NCBI RefSeq assembly: GCF_001194135.2
Contig: NC_068981.1
Span: 166,645,549 to 166,709,548 of the forward strand
DNA length: 64,000 nucleotides
Direction: 5' to 3'
From: Octopus bimaculoides
Taxonomy: Eukaryota
Shown here piece by piece: positions 25,661-37,900 of the stretch (position 1 is the stretch's first letter; every line of letters begins with the position of its first letter). The notes under the pieces were generated by a model. It did not search any database. It saw only the letters and a list, made by a program, of their open reading frames with translations, and had not been told where the DNA came from. Position numbers and translations under genes: made by a program.

Positions 25661-25758
25661 TTTTATTATTATTATTATTATTATTACCATTATTCTTATT
25701 ATTATCATCATTATTATTATTATTATCATCATTATTATTATTATTATCATCATCATTA

Positions 25759-25968
25759 AGGTAGCAAGCTAGCAGAATCATTATCATGTTTGACAAAATG
25801 CTTAGTGCCATTTCTACCAACTTTACGTTCTGAGTTCAAATTCCACTGAGGTTAACTTTGCCTTTCATCTGTTCGGAGTCGATAAAAGAAGTACTTTTTG
25901 AGCACCAAGATCCATGTAATCAATTATTCTCCTCCCATAATTTCAAGTGCCTATAGTAGAAAGAATTA
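25759..25968 (+). mobile_element. SINE family B
   Basis: aaggtagcaagctagcagaatc..gagttcaaattcc..aactttgcctttcatc..gatagaaagaattatt. Confidence 0.85.
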
Positions 25969-26151
25969 TTATTATAAATTATTTAAAAAACCATCATTAT
26001 CATCTTCTTTTTAATCATTCCATTCTAGATAAGTCCCCATACTCTATGTTCATGTTTGTATTATTCCCCTCATCTTTCACCCTGGTGGCAAATAAAAAGG
26101 AATTATCATCATCATCATTATTGATATTATTATTATTATTATTCATTTTAG

Positions 26152-26504
26152 AGCCAATCAAGACCGCTCAAAAGCAGAGGCTCGATTGATCCAGCTTGGT
26201 TATTTTCCTTTTATCAACCGTGCAAACACAGGAAACAGAGGTTCTTATCATAATTCGTCAAACACTTCACCACACAGGCACCAACAAAGAAGCCATGGTG
26301 GTGGTTCAAGAGAACATTCTCCACACAGTAGAAATGCTGCAAATCTGTCTCCACACCATTCTAGTTCACCAAATCGCTCCCCAAGACAACTCTCTCCAAA
26401 GACATCTCTTTCACCAAGCAAATCCTCTTCCCCCAGAAGAAGTCCATCTCCATCTGCTCAACTTGCAGCAGCTTCAGGTCCCAGTGAAGCAGAAAAAGAA
26501 AGGT
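26152..26504 (+). CDS. Exon B: second half of CUE2 plus S/P/H-rich linker
   Basis: ttttag| acceptor and t|GTAAGT donor; phase 2-1; joined to exon A it gives FPHVDKSLVYSIWMAANQDRSKAEARLIQLGY, then GNRGSYH..SPRRSPSPS..EAEKER. Confidence 0.9.
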
Positions 26505-27060
26505 GTAAGTGCTACTGTTTTGTTGTTGCTGTTTTTTTTTTTTTTACTCTATATCTTTTAGATAAAAAATGTTAAGGACCTCTCTACAGATTTTCCATAG
26601 AAATTATAGCTAGCGCTGATTTTTGTAATGGTTGCATAACGAAATACTGTGTCCCTACAAGTCATTAGAAAAAAGGCTACCTAATAAAAGAATAATCACA
26701 AGTCAGTTGGAGCTTGATTTTAGATTTTCCTATAATTTTCTACCAATTTGGTGGTTTCATTCGTAGCCACAAGATTCACCCATGCAATAGCAAACCAATT
26801 TGGTATGTCAAACTGACCATCCTTTTTAATATATTAATAGCCGCCACTGTCTCTCACCCACTTATCCCTTTTCTTCTCTTGCTGTTAATTTATTTTATTC
26901 TCTCCGTATCTATTCTTATTTTTGTCAAATTAACACACATCCAAAATAATGAAATGCCCTCTTTTTTTTCTTTCTTTTTGTACATAACTTTCTTCTATAT
27001 TATTTTTTTAATAAATTTCTTGATTTTTTTTTTAAATTTTTTTTTTTCTATCCCTGTCAG

Positions 27061-27187
27061 TAATTGAGAAGCTTGTCTCACAGTTTCCCCAGCAACCAAG
27101 GACTGTTATTGCTGCTGCTCTTGATGTTTGTAGCTACAATGAAGTACAAACAACAGCAGTGCTGCAGGCCTCTGAAAGTGATGACCG
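27061..27187 (+). CDS. Exon C: CUE3
   Basis: Long T tract with cag| acceptor and cg|GTAAGT donor; phase 1-2; LIEKLVSQFPQQPRTVIAAALDVCSYNEVQTTAVLQASESDD. Confidence 0.9.
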
Positions 27188-27402
27188 GTAAGTTAAAGAA
27201 TGAAGTAAGATTTATGCTTCTTTCTCACCACCAACACTATGCTGCTTTATTATTAAACCACAAATAGTGATCACTAGTGCTGTTAGTTACAGGTATCTAA
27301 TGGGTGAAGCACAGGTTCACTGCATTTCTGACAGTGAGAGTGATAAGGAAGTGTCTGTACTTAGCTCAGAACAGATATCACGAAGAACTCAATCCTTCAG
27401 AA

Positions 27403-27810
27403 TTTAATCCTTTAGCATTTAAACTGGCTGTAGCAGGCCCGTTTTATGTTGATCACAGTCAAATCTGGCCTCTTACACCTACTGTACAATGTCATTCTAA
27501 AAATAAACAGTCACATCATGAATATCTGAAAGCTATAAATTAATGCATGATTAACTGAAAACAATGTGAATAAATAAGCATTACATTTGACAAAGCAATC
27601 TGAATGCTAGAGTTAAACCAGCCATATCTGATCCAAATATTTTACCTGCTTTATGTTCAAGCCAACTAGATTCAGCTCCACAGACCTACTTTATAATATC
27701 ATTCTAAAAATAAACAGTCACGTCATCAAAATCTTAAAGCTACAGGATAATACATGCTTAATTCAAAACAATGTGAATAAATAAGCTTTACATTTGACAC
27801 TCTGAGAATG
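27403..27810. mobile_element. Head-to-tail dimer of a ~205-bp MITE-like element with TTAA-type ends
   Basis: 27480-27597 repeated at 27685-27800; starts ttaatcctttagcattt; junction gaatgctagagttaa. Confidence 0.6.
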
Positions 27811-28079
27811 TAATGGGTGCTTTTGCATGCCACTGGCATTGGTGCCATTTGTGTGACACCCGTATCTGCCATGACTGCAATTTTGCTCGGCTTGATGGGT
27901 CTTCTTCTCAAGCACAACATAATGCCAAAGGTCTTGGTCATTGCCTCCAGTGAAACCCAACACTCAGAAGGAACTCAGTCACCTCACCTCCATGAGACCC
28001 ACTCAAAAGGAACTCAGCCACTTTGTCTCCATGAGGCCCAGTAAAAAAAAACATATTCTTTTAGCCAATAACACTTAAT

Positions 28080-28510
28080 TTAAGATCTGTGGAGCATCTT
28101 TAGTCACTCTAGAGTGGGATAGACTTTAATTCAAATCAGAAGTCATTTGTAAAATTGATTGTATTAAGAATAGTTGGTAATAGGATGCTGATCTCTGTTT
28201 GCACTCGTACATATCATCCTCAAGGGAATGGTCAATATGAGTGCATAAGCCCTATTGTATGCAAGTCTATAGCTCTTTCCTTGAAGTCAGAAGGGCTTTG
28301 CAAGACTGAGTGGATCAAGATAATCCCATTAGCCTTATCTTTTATCAGAGGTCTTTTTTGCACAACAACCAATGAAACTCTTCACAAAATAATGTTTACT
28401 TTCCATAGAGCCTCTAACTTCCAATCTACTGTCATTCTTAACCAACATTGGTTCAACAGTTTTACTTCAAACTCATCTAGCTTGAAAAGACAATTCACCT
28501 ACACAGAAGT
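28080..28510 (+). mobile_element. Gypsy-type LTR retrotransposon integrase C-terminal fragment
   Basis: RTYHPQGNGQYE..IALSLKS..W..IIPLALSFIRGLFCTTTNETLH..MF resembles the integrase motif PY.P..NG..ER..W...L..AL...R...C..TN.TP. Confidence 0.75.
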
Positions 28511-28519
28511 TTAAACTAT

Positions 28520-28900
28520 TGGAAAGATATTGTGATACTTGCAAATGATGTAGAGCTTGAAGCCATAGAGGTTGAGTTGCTAGTATCCTATAAAGTTTAT
28601 TCATCATGAAGCTGATGTTGTTTGAACACAAGCAAGCCAAGAATTTAGAAGCTTCACCAACTCCACTTAAATCAACCGCAATGAAAAGAATTGGCACTTA
28701 TAGAATGTGAAAGTTTTGCTGATGACAACCCCAATCATGAATGTAACATGAAAATTACAAGAGCAGTTTCCAATGAATTTAGTTCCTACACTGAGCTATA
28801 CAAAGAGATGATGCACCATAAACATCAAATAATTTTGGATAAGTTCTTTGCCCCTACAACAGTGCCCCTCATTTGCCCAGTAACTCCCATTCCATCACAG
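28520..28900 (+). mobile_element. Tigger/pogo transposase C-terminal fragment
   Basis: DDNPNHECNMKITRAV..YTELYKE..HQIILDKFF resembles the Tigger tail DPN.ERS.KV.R..Y..Q..LD.FF. Confidence 0.6.
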
Positions 28901-29178
28901 CCATCCCTCATACAGTAATCAACATCTTTTGTGGTAAAGAATGTAGCCTATTATGATATTCTCTTCAATTGTTATTATATATATATATATATATATATAT
29001 CTCATACTGTGTATGTTTAGAAATAATTTTCATGCATAAAAGTGATTGTGTTGCTTGTGAGAGGTAGTAAAGGGAAGGATATCCGGCTATAGGAAACCTC
29101 CTTCAACAAATTCTACCTGACCCATCCAAGCATGGAAAAGTGGACAGTAAATGATGATATATTTTGTTTTCTTTTCAG

Positions 29179-29231
29179 ACCCCAACAAAGAACCACAAGT
29201 GCAACATCATCTCCTGTTCATCAGCAGCAAG
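29179..29231 (+). CDS. Exon D of the multi-CUE gene
   Basis: ttttcttttcag| acceptor and aag|GTTTGT donor; 53 nt, phase 2-1; PQQRTTSATSSPVHQQQ. Confidence 0.8.
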
Positions 29232-30247
29232 GTTTGTGTTTCATCATTATTTTTATGTAGTACATTTACTGCTAATTATGCCACATTCAGTTTAGATGTA
29301 TAAGTGTTATGTAGTAAATAATCCAATTAGATATCAATGCCTTTTTAAAACATCGCTAAGCTTTGATTAAAACTTACATTAAAAAAGAGGGCTGAAGACA
29401 GCCAAATTGGTTATTTACTGGAGAAAGAACAGGAGATCAGAAGTTTATATCTTGTTACCAGCCCTGTACTACATTCACCAATCTTGTTCTGTTGTTGTTC
29501 AGCCTCAGTTATGACTGAACATATTTATGACCAAAGTTGTTCCAATTGTAATCTTGTCTTTTTTTAAAGGTGTTTAGAACTACACTGTCCAATATGTCCT
29601 TCCCTCTTTATAACAATGAGATATTATTTGAAGTATTTGCTTGTTGTTTTTAGCAGATCAACTGACCACAAAAGTGCTTCTTTTGTTGGCTCTTGTTCTA
29701 TGTAGTCCTACCTTGAAAGTGGTGGCAGCACTGTAGAATTAATAATTGTTTTGTTGTTACTTAATTAAATTTTTCTCTTATTAAAATAATTATTCATCTG
29801 CTTTATGCATTAGAAACTAGAGTTATATAGCTGCCTGATACATTCATGGGATTCTGGCCTTCCCATTCATAACCTCATGGAGCAACCAGGATATGACAAC
29901 TAAAGGGAGAGAGAGTAAGCTACTCCAGTACTAAGCTGATATACATTTTCAGCTAAGTAGTTTGGAGCAACAGGAAATGAAATGCCTTATTCAGAGAGAC
30001 AGATATACAGAGTCAGGATTGAGCTCCTTATGATTGCGAGCCTAACTATTAGGTCATGCACCTTCACAGTAAACTTTGTTTTTATAGTTTCTTGAGCCCT
30101 AAGACTCATAAGGCTGGTTACCTAGTTTCCATGCTGTATATAAGTGACCAAGATCACAACATTCCTCTGAATGGGGTGCTAGTTCATTGCTGGGTTTAGG
30201 GCCAGCAATTATGAGGGNNNNNNNNNNNNNNNNNNNNNNNNNNNNNN

Positions 30248-30440
30248 GGGGGGGGGGGGTACAAGTTGATTATATCAGCTTCAGTACTTGTTTGGTACTT
30301 TGTTTATTCAACCTCAAAGGAATGAGGGGTAAAGTTGACCTCAGTGGGATTTGAACTCAAAGCATAAAGAGCTGGAAGAAATGTTTTTAAGCATTTTTAT
30401 CTGATGTGCTAATGATTCTGCCAATTCACCACCTTATAAC
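30248..30440 (-). mobile_element. SINE family B
   Basis: aagttgacctcagtgggatttgaactc..gctaatgattctgccaattcacc. Confidence 0.75.
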
Positions 30441-30561
30441 AAGCTATGTAGGTCATTAATGAAGAGTGTTTGCATTTTATGAATTTTTATATGACTGTTT
30501 TATGAAAGTAGTAACTTTAAAATTATTTTATGAAATGCAATGTGTATTCTTCCATCTTTAG

Positions 30562-30670
30562 ATGATAAACATTCCCATCCAAAACCATCAAACAGTAAAG
30601 CAGGGGCAAGCTATGAGCCTGTAGCATTCAATGAAAAACCAAACGGGTCCACCTCATCTAGCACTTCAAG
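30562..30670 (+). CDS. Exon E of the multi-CUE gene
   Basis: ctttag| acceptor and aag|GTAAGG donor; 109 nt, phase 1-2; DDKHSHPKPSNSKAGASYEPVAFNEKPNGSTSSSTS. Confidence 0.85.
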
Positions 30671-32049
30671 GTAAGGCCATGAAAAACGTAGCTATTTCTT
30701 TTATTCAATTATTATTCTATCTCTATTTTAGGACCTGAAATATCACTTAAATTTTTATAATGTTGAGTTATTTCTCAGGCTAGAGAATTTTTTTTTTTTT
30801 TTTCAGCTTTCAATATTTATTGGAATTCTTTAAAGACCTGTTTATTGAAGATTAGATATCCTCCAAATTCATATCAAATATTTATAGCTTTTTATTTATT
30901 TTTTATTTTTTGCTATTACAGTTCAAACACTTCCAATTAATTTGGTTCTTCTTAAATCACTTTTCATCAGAAAACTTTTCGTTTCAATATAATGTAATTT
31001 TTTTATACAGTCCAAATTTTTTTTGAAACAAGCCAAAAATTTATAATTTTCTTCTCAATTGTTGACTAATTTATTTTAATGTAAACCAGCATTTCAAAAT
31101 TTGAATTTTTAAAAACATTTAATACTTAAAACATTTAAAAATAATGGTCCAAACAGAGAATCAGTGGTAAAGTGCTGAATACTGGGCATTGTAATTTCAA
31201 ATGTTAAATTTAGTTTCCATTCATTATTCAGTGAATAAAATAGTAGTAACAATGAGTGTAGTGGAATAAAGGGATGAACAGTAATTAGGGACATGGATGA
31301 ATAGTAAGTTTCCATAAAAGTCAATGAAACAGGAACCTTCGGTTTGCACCAAGTTGCAACTACTACCACCTCCAACAACAACAGCAGCAGTAACAACTAC
31401 CACCACCTACTACTACTACTTCATAAGAGCTGCTGTTGAATGTAAATGGTATATGGTGAAGTAGAATAATTGCTTTCTTACAACAAAATATTTTACATAT
31501 CTAATATATCAAAAATGCATATACCATAGTGTCATTGTAGTGTTGACACTGCTGGTCTCAGTCTACCTAGCTAACAATAGATACCATTCCCATTCCGTAT
31601 TTGACTGGTTGGTAGCTTGAATATCATTACATCCAGTTGTAAGAAAATTGCTCCAATGATATACAAATATCCAAATTTACTAGAGAAAAACAATGACAAT
31701 CATCTTCACTTTACTAAAATATTTAAAAACACACTTATTTTTAGAACCCTTTTGAATATCATTGAATATCATGTATAAGCACTCACCCTACACATACACT
31801 GTTAAGTATGAGCAAGTAATGAAAATGCAAACAAGAGACTGGACTTCATGCAATGATGGTTGTTATTTAGCTCCAGGACAAAGCTGGTTCAGCAAACCTT
31901 TAATAAAATAGATTCCAGCCATGACAAGTTCATTATTCAAGAATCACATTGTTCAGTGAGTTCCTTTTGGTGATAGGGTGTGATTTGAAGGAATTTAGCT
32001 TCTATTTCTAGTGTTTGAGCAACCACATAGTGGGTGATATTAATAATTC

Positions 32050-32250
32050 TTTCTATTATATGCACAAGGCCTGAAATTTTGAGAGATGGGGCTAGTTGAT
32101 TACATTGACTCCAATACTCAACTGGTACTTATTTCATTGACCCTGAAAGGATGACAGGCAGAGTTGACCTCAGTGGAATTTGAACTCTGAACATAGAGCC
32201 ATAAGAAACACTGCTAAGCATTTTGTCTGATTCTGCCAGCATACCACTTT
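32050..32250 (-). mobile_element. SINE family B
   Basis: gcacaaggcctgaaattt..ttgaccctgaaaggatg..agttgacctcagtggaatttgaactc..gattctgccagc. Confidence 0.8.
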
Positions 32251-34295
32251 GGTTGATATTGATAATAAACAATCTCTTTCTATTACACTTTGCTATTTCA
32301 TTCCTTCAGAGAGGTAGTTGGTGTAAGAGGCAATGTAAGATATCAGTTATTGAAGAAAGGCGTAACATGTGATGAAAGAAAGGGCTGGTAGTGTATTGTA
32401 TATGTAGATATAATTACAAAGCTCCATCATAATAAGGATTTCCTTAAAAATCCACTAGCTTGAATGTAATTTAAATACTGTGTCTATTCATCCTTAGCAT
32501 CTCTTGTTCACTCCATTTCCATAATTCTGTTTTGTTAACAAACAATAACTAGTGGTAATTACTCATTGATTATATAAGTCATCCTGTATTCCTATCCTTT
32601 TTAATGTATAATTTAATTTCTATAATTAATATTTTTCTTAATATCATATCTAACTCCAGCATGCTGCCTCACACCATGTGTCATTCATCTCAATGTATAA
32701 TTTATATATCCTTCTCACTTTAAACCTTCTAATTAGATAAAAGGGTGGAAATTGTTCTTTTATTATTGACATTTAGGAATAGAATTCCAACACCAGTTTT
32801 GCACTGAAATTTCAATTCAATTATACATTATAAAGGAAAAAAAAATAGACCAATAAAATTTTAACAAAAACTTCTGATTATATACAAGTATATGGTAATA
32901 ACTTGCCATTTCTTCAGCTTAGTTATGTTGCCTTTTTCTTTTTCTTTCAAAACTCAGATGTCTGCGAGCTACTTGGCTCAATTTACTTTTTTACCCTGTT
33001 AACAGGTATGTTGATGTATTTGCAATGTGTGTTCTGACCCCTTACCAACATATTGCTGTTGAGAACATCCAGTCTTAAAAACCTTAGAAAAGTTCCTTAA
33101 TGCTAGTTCTATGAATCGGAAACATTCACATAGATTAGGCTGTTAAGTAGAAACCTTTAAAAGATTGCAAATTTCATCTCTGAATGTAGGCCACTCCTCT
33201 AGCTTAAACATAATTAAAGAAAAGCAGTCATCATGTTAAAGTTAATAAAAGTAATTCATTAAGCTTAGTCATAAAAGCAGTTCTTTAACTCTTAGAAAAA
33301 ATATTCCTAACACAGCTTTCTATTTTTTTACTTATAGGTTATTGTTATTTTTTTGCTTTTTTTTTTCGCCATTCCTGCCTTTAATCACCTTCTACACACT
33401 TCCAAATGTCTTAAAACTGTCCTTACACAAGGACATACTCTTTATATTTTGTAATTCCAAGTTTTGTCTTATCTATTTTTGTTTCAAATATTTTCACTTT
33501 GCTTGGTGTGTATGTGTGTGTGTGAGTCTGTGTGCTTGTGTGTTTCTTGAATTTGCAAGATAATTTCCTGTTCAGTTTCAACTGAATAACTTTGTTGAAA
33601 TCCAATTTCATCTATTATACAACCAACATCAATGTTAATTTGAATTTATATGTGTGCATGTATTTGAGTGTAGGGAGATATTGATAGCAAATTTAACAAT
33701 GTAAATACTTTGTCAATGTGGAATGTATAAGCTCAATTAGGAACTAGAATGAACAAAAATGGAAATTTTTAGGAAGAAAAAATATTATTTTGATAAAAAT
33801 AATTTGACACAATGGAATGTTGCACTCGGTAAAACTCTTTCCACATGTAATTTTTATAGTTCAAATTTTACACTTCATAGAATTTTGGTAATTACCAAAA
33901 CCAAATTAAATTATTTTCCATTTTCTATTTTTCATTAATGCTTTTTATATATTGGCTTGAAACTGAAAAATGAACTTGCTTCTTCTTCAACTCTTTCATG
34001 AGTATGAGCAACGTAGCAATAAAACCACATATATTTGCTACAATATATTTTAGCTATACAGATTTGTTTCTGTTGATTGCAAGTAAGTTTAAATAGGAGA
34101 AAGAATATTAAAATACTCTTTTTGCAACAAGATTTGCTTACTCTTTTATGTGTGAAAATAATACTAAGCAGCATTGTTTAGAGTAAGAAAATTAGGTTTC
34201 TTTTATTAAGAATTTTTCTTTTACATGAGGAAATTTAATTATACTTCAAAGTATATCTAACATCAGACTACTTTTGGAAAGATATATTCAAAGTA

Positions 34296-35520
34296 TTGGG
34301 TCATCCCATAAATAATGTGGTTTTTTTTCAATGAATTAAAAGTCGGAGGTGGGTGGAATAAACTACCTGCATCAACTTACTATAAAAGAAGGTAGTAATT
34401 TTACCTTGTACTTATTTTTAGTGCACGTTTTGAAGAGTGCAGTGCAATTTTTAACAGTTATTTTTCCAAAGCTATAGTGGAAGTGACAAATGAGCATATT
34501 CAGCATATTTTGTTTTATGAGTTCAATAAAGACAACACAATGGAAAGTGCAAGGAACATTAATGCAGTAAATGGGGATTGAGCAATAAGCAGAAGCCAGT
34601 GTCAACAGTGGTTCCAGAAACTACAGCCTAGAAGATGAGCCTCATCTTGGAAGATCTGTCAAGCTCGACAAAGACATCCTGCAAACCCTGGTGGAACAAA
34701 ATCCCATCATAACTGTTGAGGAACTAGCAGAAAAGCTTAGATTTGATCATTCAGCCATTCATCGACAGCTGTATGCCATTGGGTCAATGGGTTCCTCACA
34801 AAATTTCTGGGTCTAATTGCATGCAGAGAGTGAATGTGTACTTCTTCTTTGCTGTCACATCTCATGAATGAACCTTTGNNNNNNNNNNNNNNNNNNNNNN
34901 NNNNNNNNNNNNNNNNNNNNNNNNNNNNNNNNNNNNNNNNNNNNNNNNNNNNNNNNNNNNNNNNNNNNNNNNNNNNNNNNNNNNNNNNNNNNNNNNNGGT
35001 GGGATATGAAAGGATTAGTCCACTTTGAACTTTTAAACCCAAACCAAACAATAACAAAGGAGATCTACTGCAAGCAGCTTGAGTCAGCCCTAGAAGGAAA
35101 ATGACCAATTTTGTTTTTTTCTTTATGAAAGGTGTTCTTTCATCAGGATAATGCTCGGCTACATACAACGAGGATGACATTCCAAAGACTAGAGTAGATT
35201 GAATGGGAAACAAAGCCCCACCCACCATATTCGATGGACATTGCCCCATCTGATTATCATTTATTGCACAGTCTTCAAAATCATTTGGATGGAAAAAATA
35301 TGAATTCTGTAGACGAGGTCAGAACAGTACTGGAGGAGTATTTTTTGTCATGGACAAGTGAATTTTGGAAGAGGGGCCTTGCAAGTCTACCAGGTAGATG
35401 GATGAGCATTGTAGAAAATGAAGGAGAGTATTTTTTTAGATTAAAGAAGAACTTTGTTTATCTTAATTTTGTAAAATAAAAGAAGTATAATAAAACTGCA
35501 TTATTTCTAGGATCACCCAA
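34296..35520 (+). mobile_element. Mariner (D,D34D-type) DNA transposon, near full length, transposase disrupted
   Basis: TA at 34294-5 and 35521-2; 29-bp TIRs with 5 mismatches; transposase remnants LEDEPH.GR, WVPH, WDMKG, HQDNAR, PPYSMDIAPSDYHL; stops, frameshifts and an N gap. Confidence 0.95.
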
Positions 35521-36839
35521 TAAATTACTTCATTATTTTCTAACACAAGTCCATTTTAAATATTTTGTCCTTTGTGGTAGAATTAAGGATTAAGTATTTA
35601 AATTTCAAGAGTTATTTAATTTGGTGAATCTGTGATTCTAAAATCAAATAATTTTTACATTTGAACTTCTAGAGATGAAAATTATTCTGTTAGTGAAATG
35701 AAGATAAGAAAGAAAAAGTTGTAAGAAAATTTTAAATTCTAATTTTTCCACATTATTTGGTTGACTCCAAACAAAAAGGATAATCTTTAAAATTAAACAT
35801 TGTTTAATGAACATACATTCATTACACTTGCTATAGAATTAGGGCTGACTTAAATTATTACATTAGATCAAATATGGTCAGTCATGCTCATCCAGAGATT
35901 GGAAAATTCATCCTTAAACTTTTCAAATTTTTTTTTTACATGCATTACCATAAATGACCTCAACATTCAGCACTATTTTTTTTAATATTGGTGGAGAAGA
36001 TAAACACTTGAAAATATATTAAAATAGATAGGAAATTGTTAGCATCTCAATGTTATTGCAGAACACTTTGCCTTTAGGGTTAGGTGTTGAAGTTACACAC
36101 ATGCAGAATACACAATCTGACAGTGAAGAGTGTTAGACACTATAGACTTACATATATGGAGCTAACATTGTTTGCCTAGAAATTGTCTGTAATGTATGTG
36201 TTTTGAAGTTATAGTTGATTTCTCAGATGAATTAAGTAATCTGAATGATGAAATTTGTGATATGATAGTGTATATAATGATATACAAGTAAACAAGTTTA
36301 TGTGACTTCTATCTTAATTGGTAATAAAGGAATAGTCTCTTCCTATGATAGATTATATTGTGCTTGCATCAGAAGTAAATATAGAAATGTCAATGACACT
36401 AAACTGCCAGGAATATTTGAAAGGTCACTGCTTAGCTTTGTCTTCATGACAATAAACCTTAGCTTAGATAGTATGCAAATCTATCATAAGTAACATGCTC
36501 AGAAAATCTAGTACCTATTTCTGACAGTCAGATGAACTAAGGCATTGCAGAATAAAATGTTCTGTCTAGAAAGAAATTGAAATGTCTAGATTTGAACCCA
36601 TGACTTATGTGCAGCATCAATTACAGATAGCAACCATAGTATTTACTGTGGTGAAGTGCTGTCACTACTTTTTAAAAAGATACCAAATTACAGAAAACAA
36701 CTTTGTTATAAGTGGTAGATACAGTTGTGTGTACATGCATAACTATGAGGTGTTTAATACACTTATCGATAAAAATAGCCTTAAGCATTCAATGAGTTTT
36801 AGGATTGATGGTGATACTGTAATGTTTTTCCATATATTC

Positions 36840-36935
36840 AGATTGGAGCCTGGTGCAGCCATCTGGTTCGCCAGTCCTCAGTCAAACTGTCCAACCCATG
36901 CTAGCATGGAAGGCAGACGTTAAACGATGATGTTG
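36840..36935 (+). mobile_element. RTE-tail repeat (family C), short 3' piece
   Basis: cagattggagcctggtgcagcc..ccaacccatgctagcatggaaggcagacgttaaacgatgatg. Confidence 0.85.
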
Positions 36936-37489
36936 ATATTACCAAATGGCCCTATTTGACCATCTTGCATTTGGCATGTCCTAGAAATTGCTGTAGAAAA
37001 TTTTAAGAAATAAAATGAAAAACAGCTAACCTGAAACAACCAGATAGCAGTCATAAATTTAAATTCATGATGATTCCTGATTGAAAAAATATATGTTAAT
37101 ATATGAAAGTACAGGAGTTATAAGTAGAAGAAAGTAAAACTTATAAAAAGAATGTTTGATTAGGTATTAGAAGATTAGGCCTAACAAATAAAATTAAGTT
37201 GGACCAAAACATGGCAAAGATTGTCATGTTGCCTTAAGCAGTTGATGTCTGCAGAGTAAAGTAAATAATAAAACAATACCTATGAAACACAGGATACTAT
37301 TTTATAGCTTACAAGAACCAGTTGAAAAGCAATCGATCACATTTTATGAAAGGTGGGTGTAATTTTTTAGAATAATTTTGCCATTTATCTGTCTAATTCT
37401 AATCAAATAGATAAAAAAACAGGTAAACAGGTAAGTGATACATTGCCTAGGTGTAAGAGTGAAGAAAGGTAACTAGCCACTATCAGGTT

Positions 37490-37900
37490 TACTTCTGTTG
37501 TGGATCAAGTTTATTTTTTTAACATTATTACTGTTATTTAGCTCTGAAGAGAGCCTGTTTTCTTGGCCTTACCAACCCTTTGAGACTGGTGTGATTGATA
37601 CTGTTGATATTTTACTTGGTGCCTGTATGGAAAATGTAGATATACAGAGAGATTCAAATGGCTGCAGCTCTGGAGAGAAAAGAATCGGGGAAGTGTTTGG
37701 TGCAGTGGATGAGAAATAGCAGAAATGACTGCAGAGAGACAAGTGAATCAGATAGGTTTGACTAGAGATGGTAACAGATTGTTTATTCAATGGAGCTAAA
37801 ATAGTTGCAGTAACAATAGCAGAGAGAAGAAATAATACATCTGTGAAATAGTGATTGTAGCATCTATACAAGTGACTTTTTGCCATTCATCAGGCTTTTG
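37490..37900 (-). mobile_element. Decayed CR1/L2-like RT N-terminal fragment
   Basis: ORF 37569..37886 LCISTFSIQAPSKISTVSITPVSKG loosely resembles LCLSTSTFP..WK.A.I.PVPKKG; purine-biased strand like the other CR1 relics. Confidence 0.35.

Noticed and set aside
26232-26504. Exon B starting at the inner acceptor (26232)
   Set aside because: Phase 1 cannot follow exon A (phase 2); the 26152 acceptor restores frame and completes CUE2.
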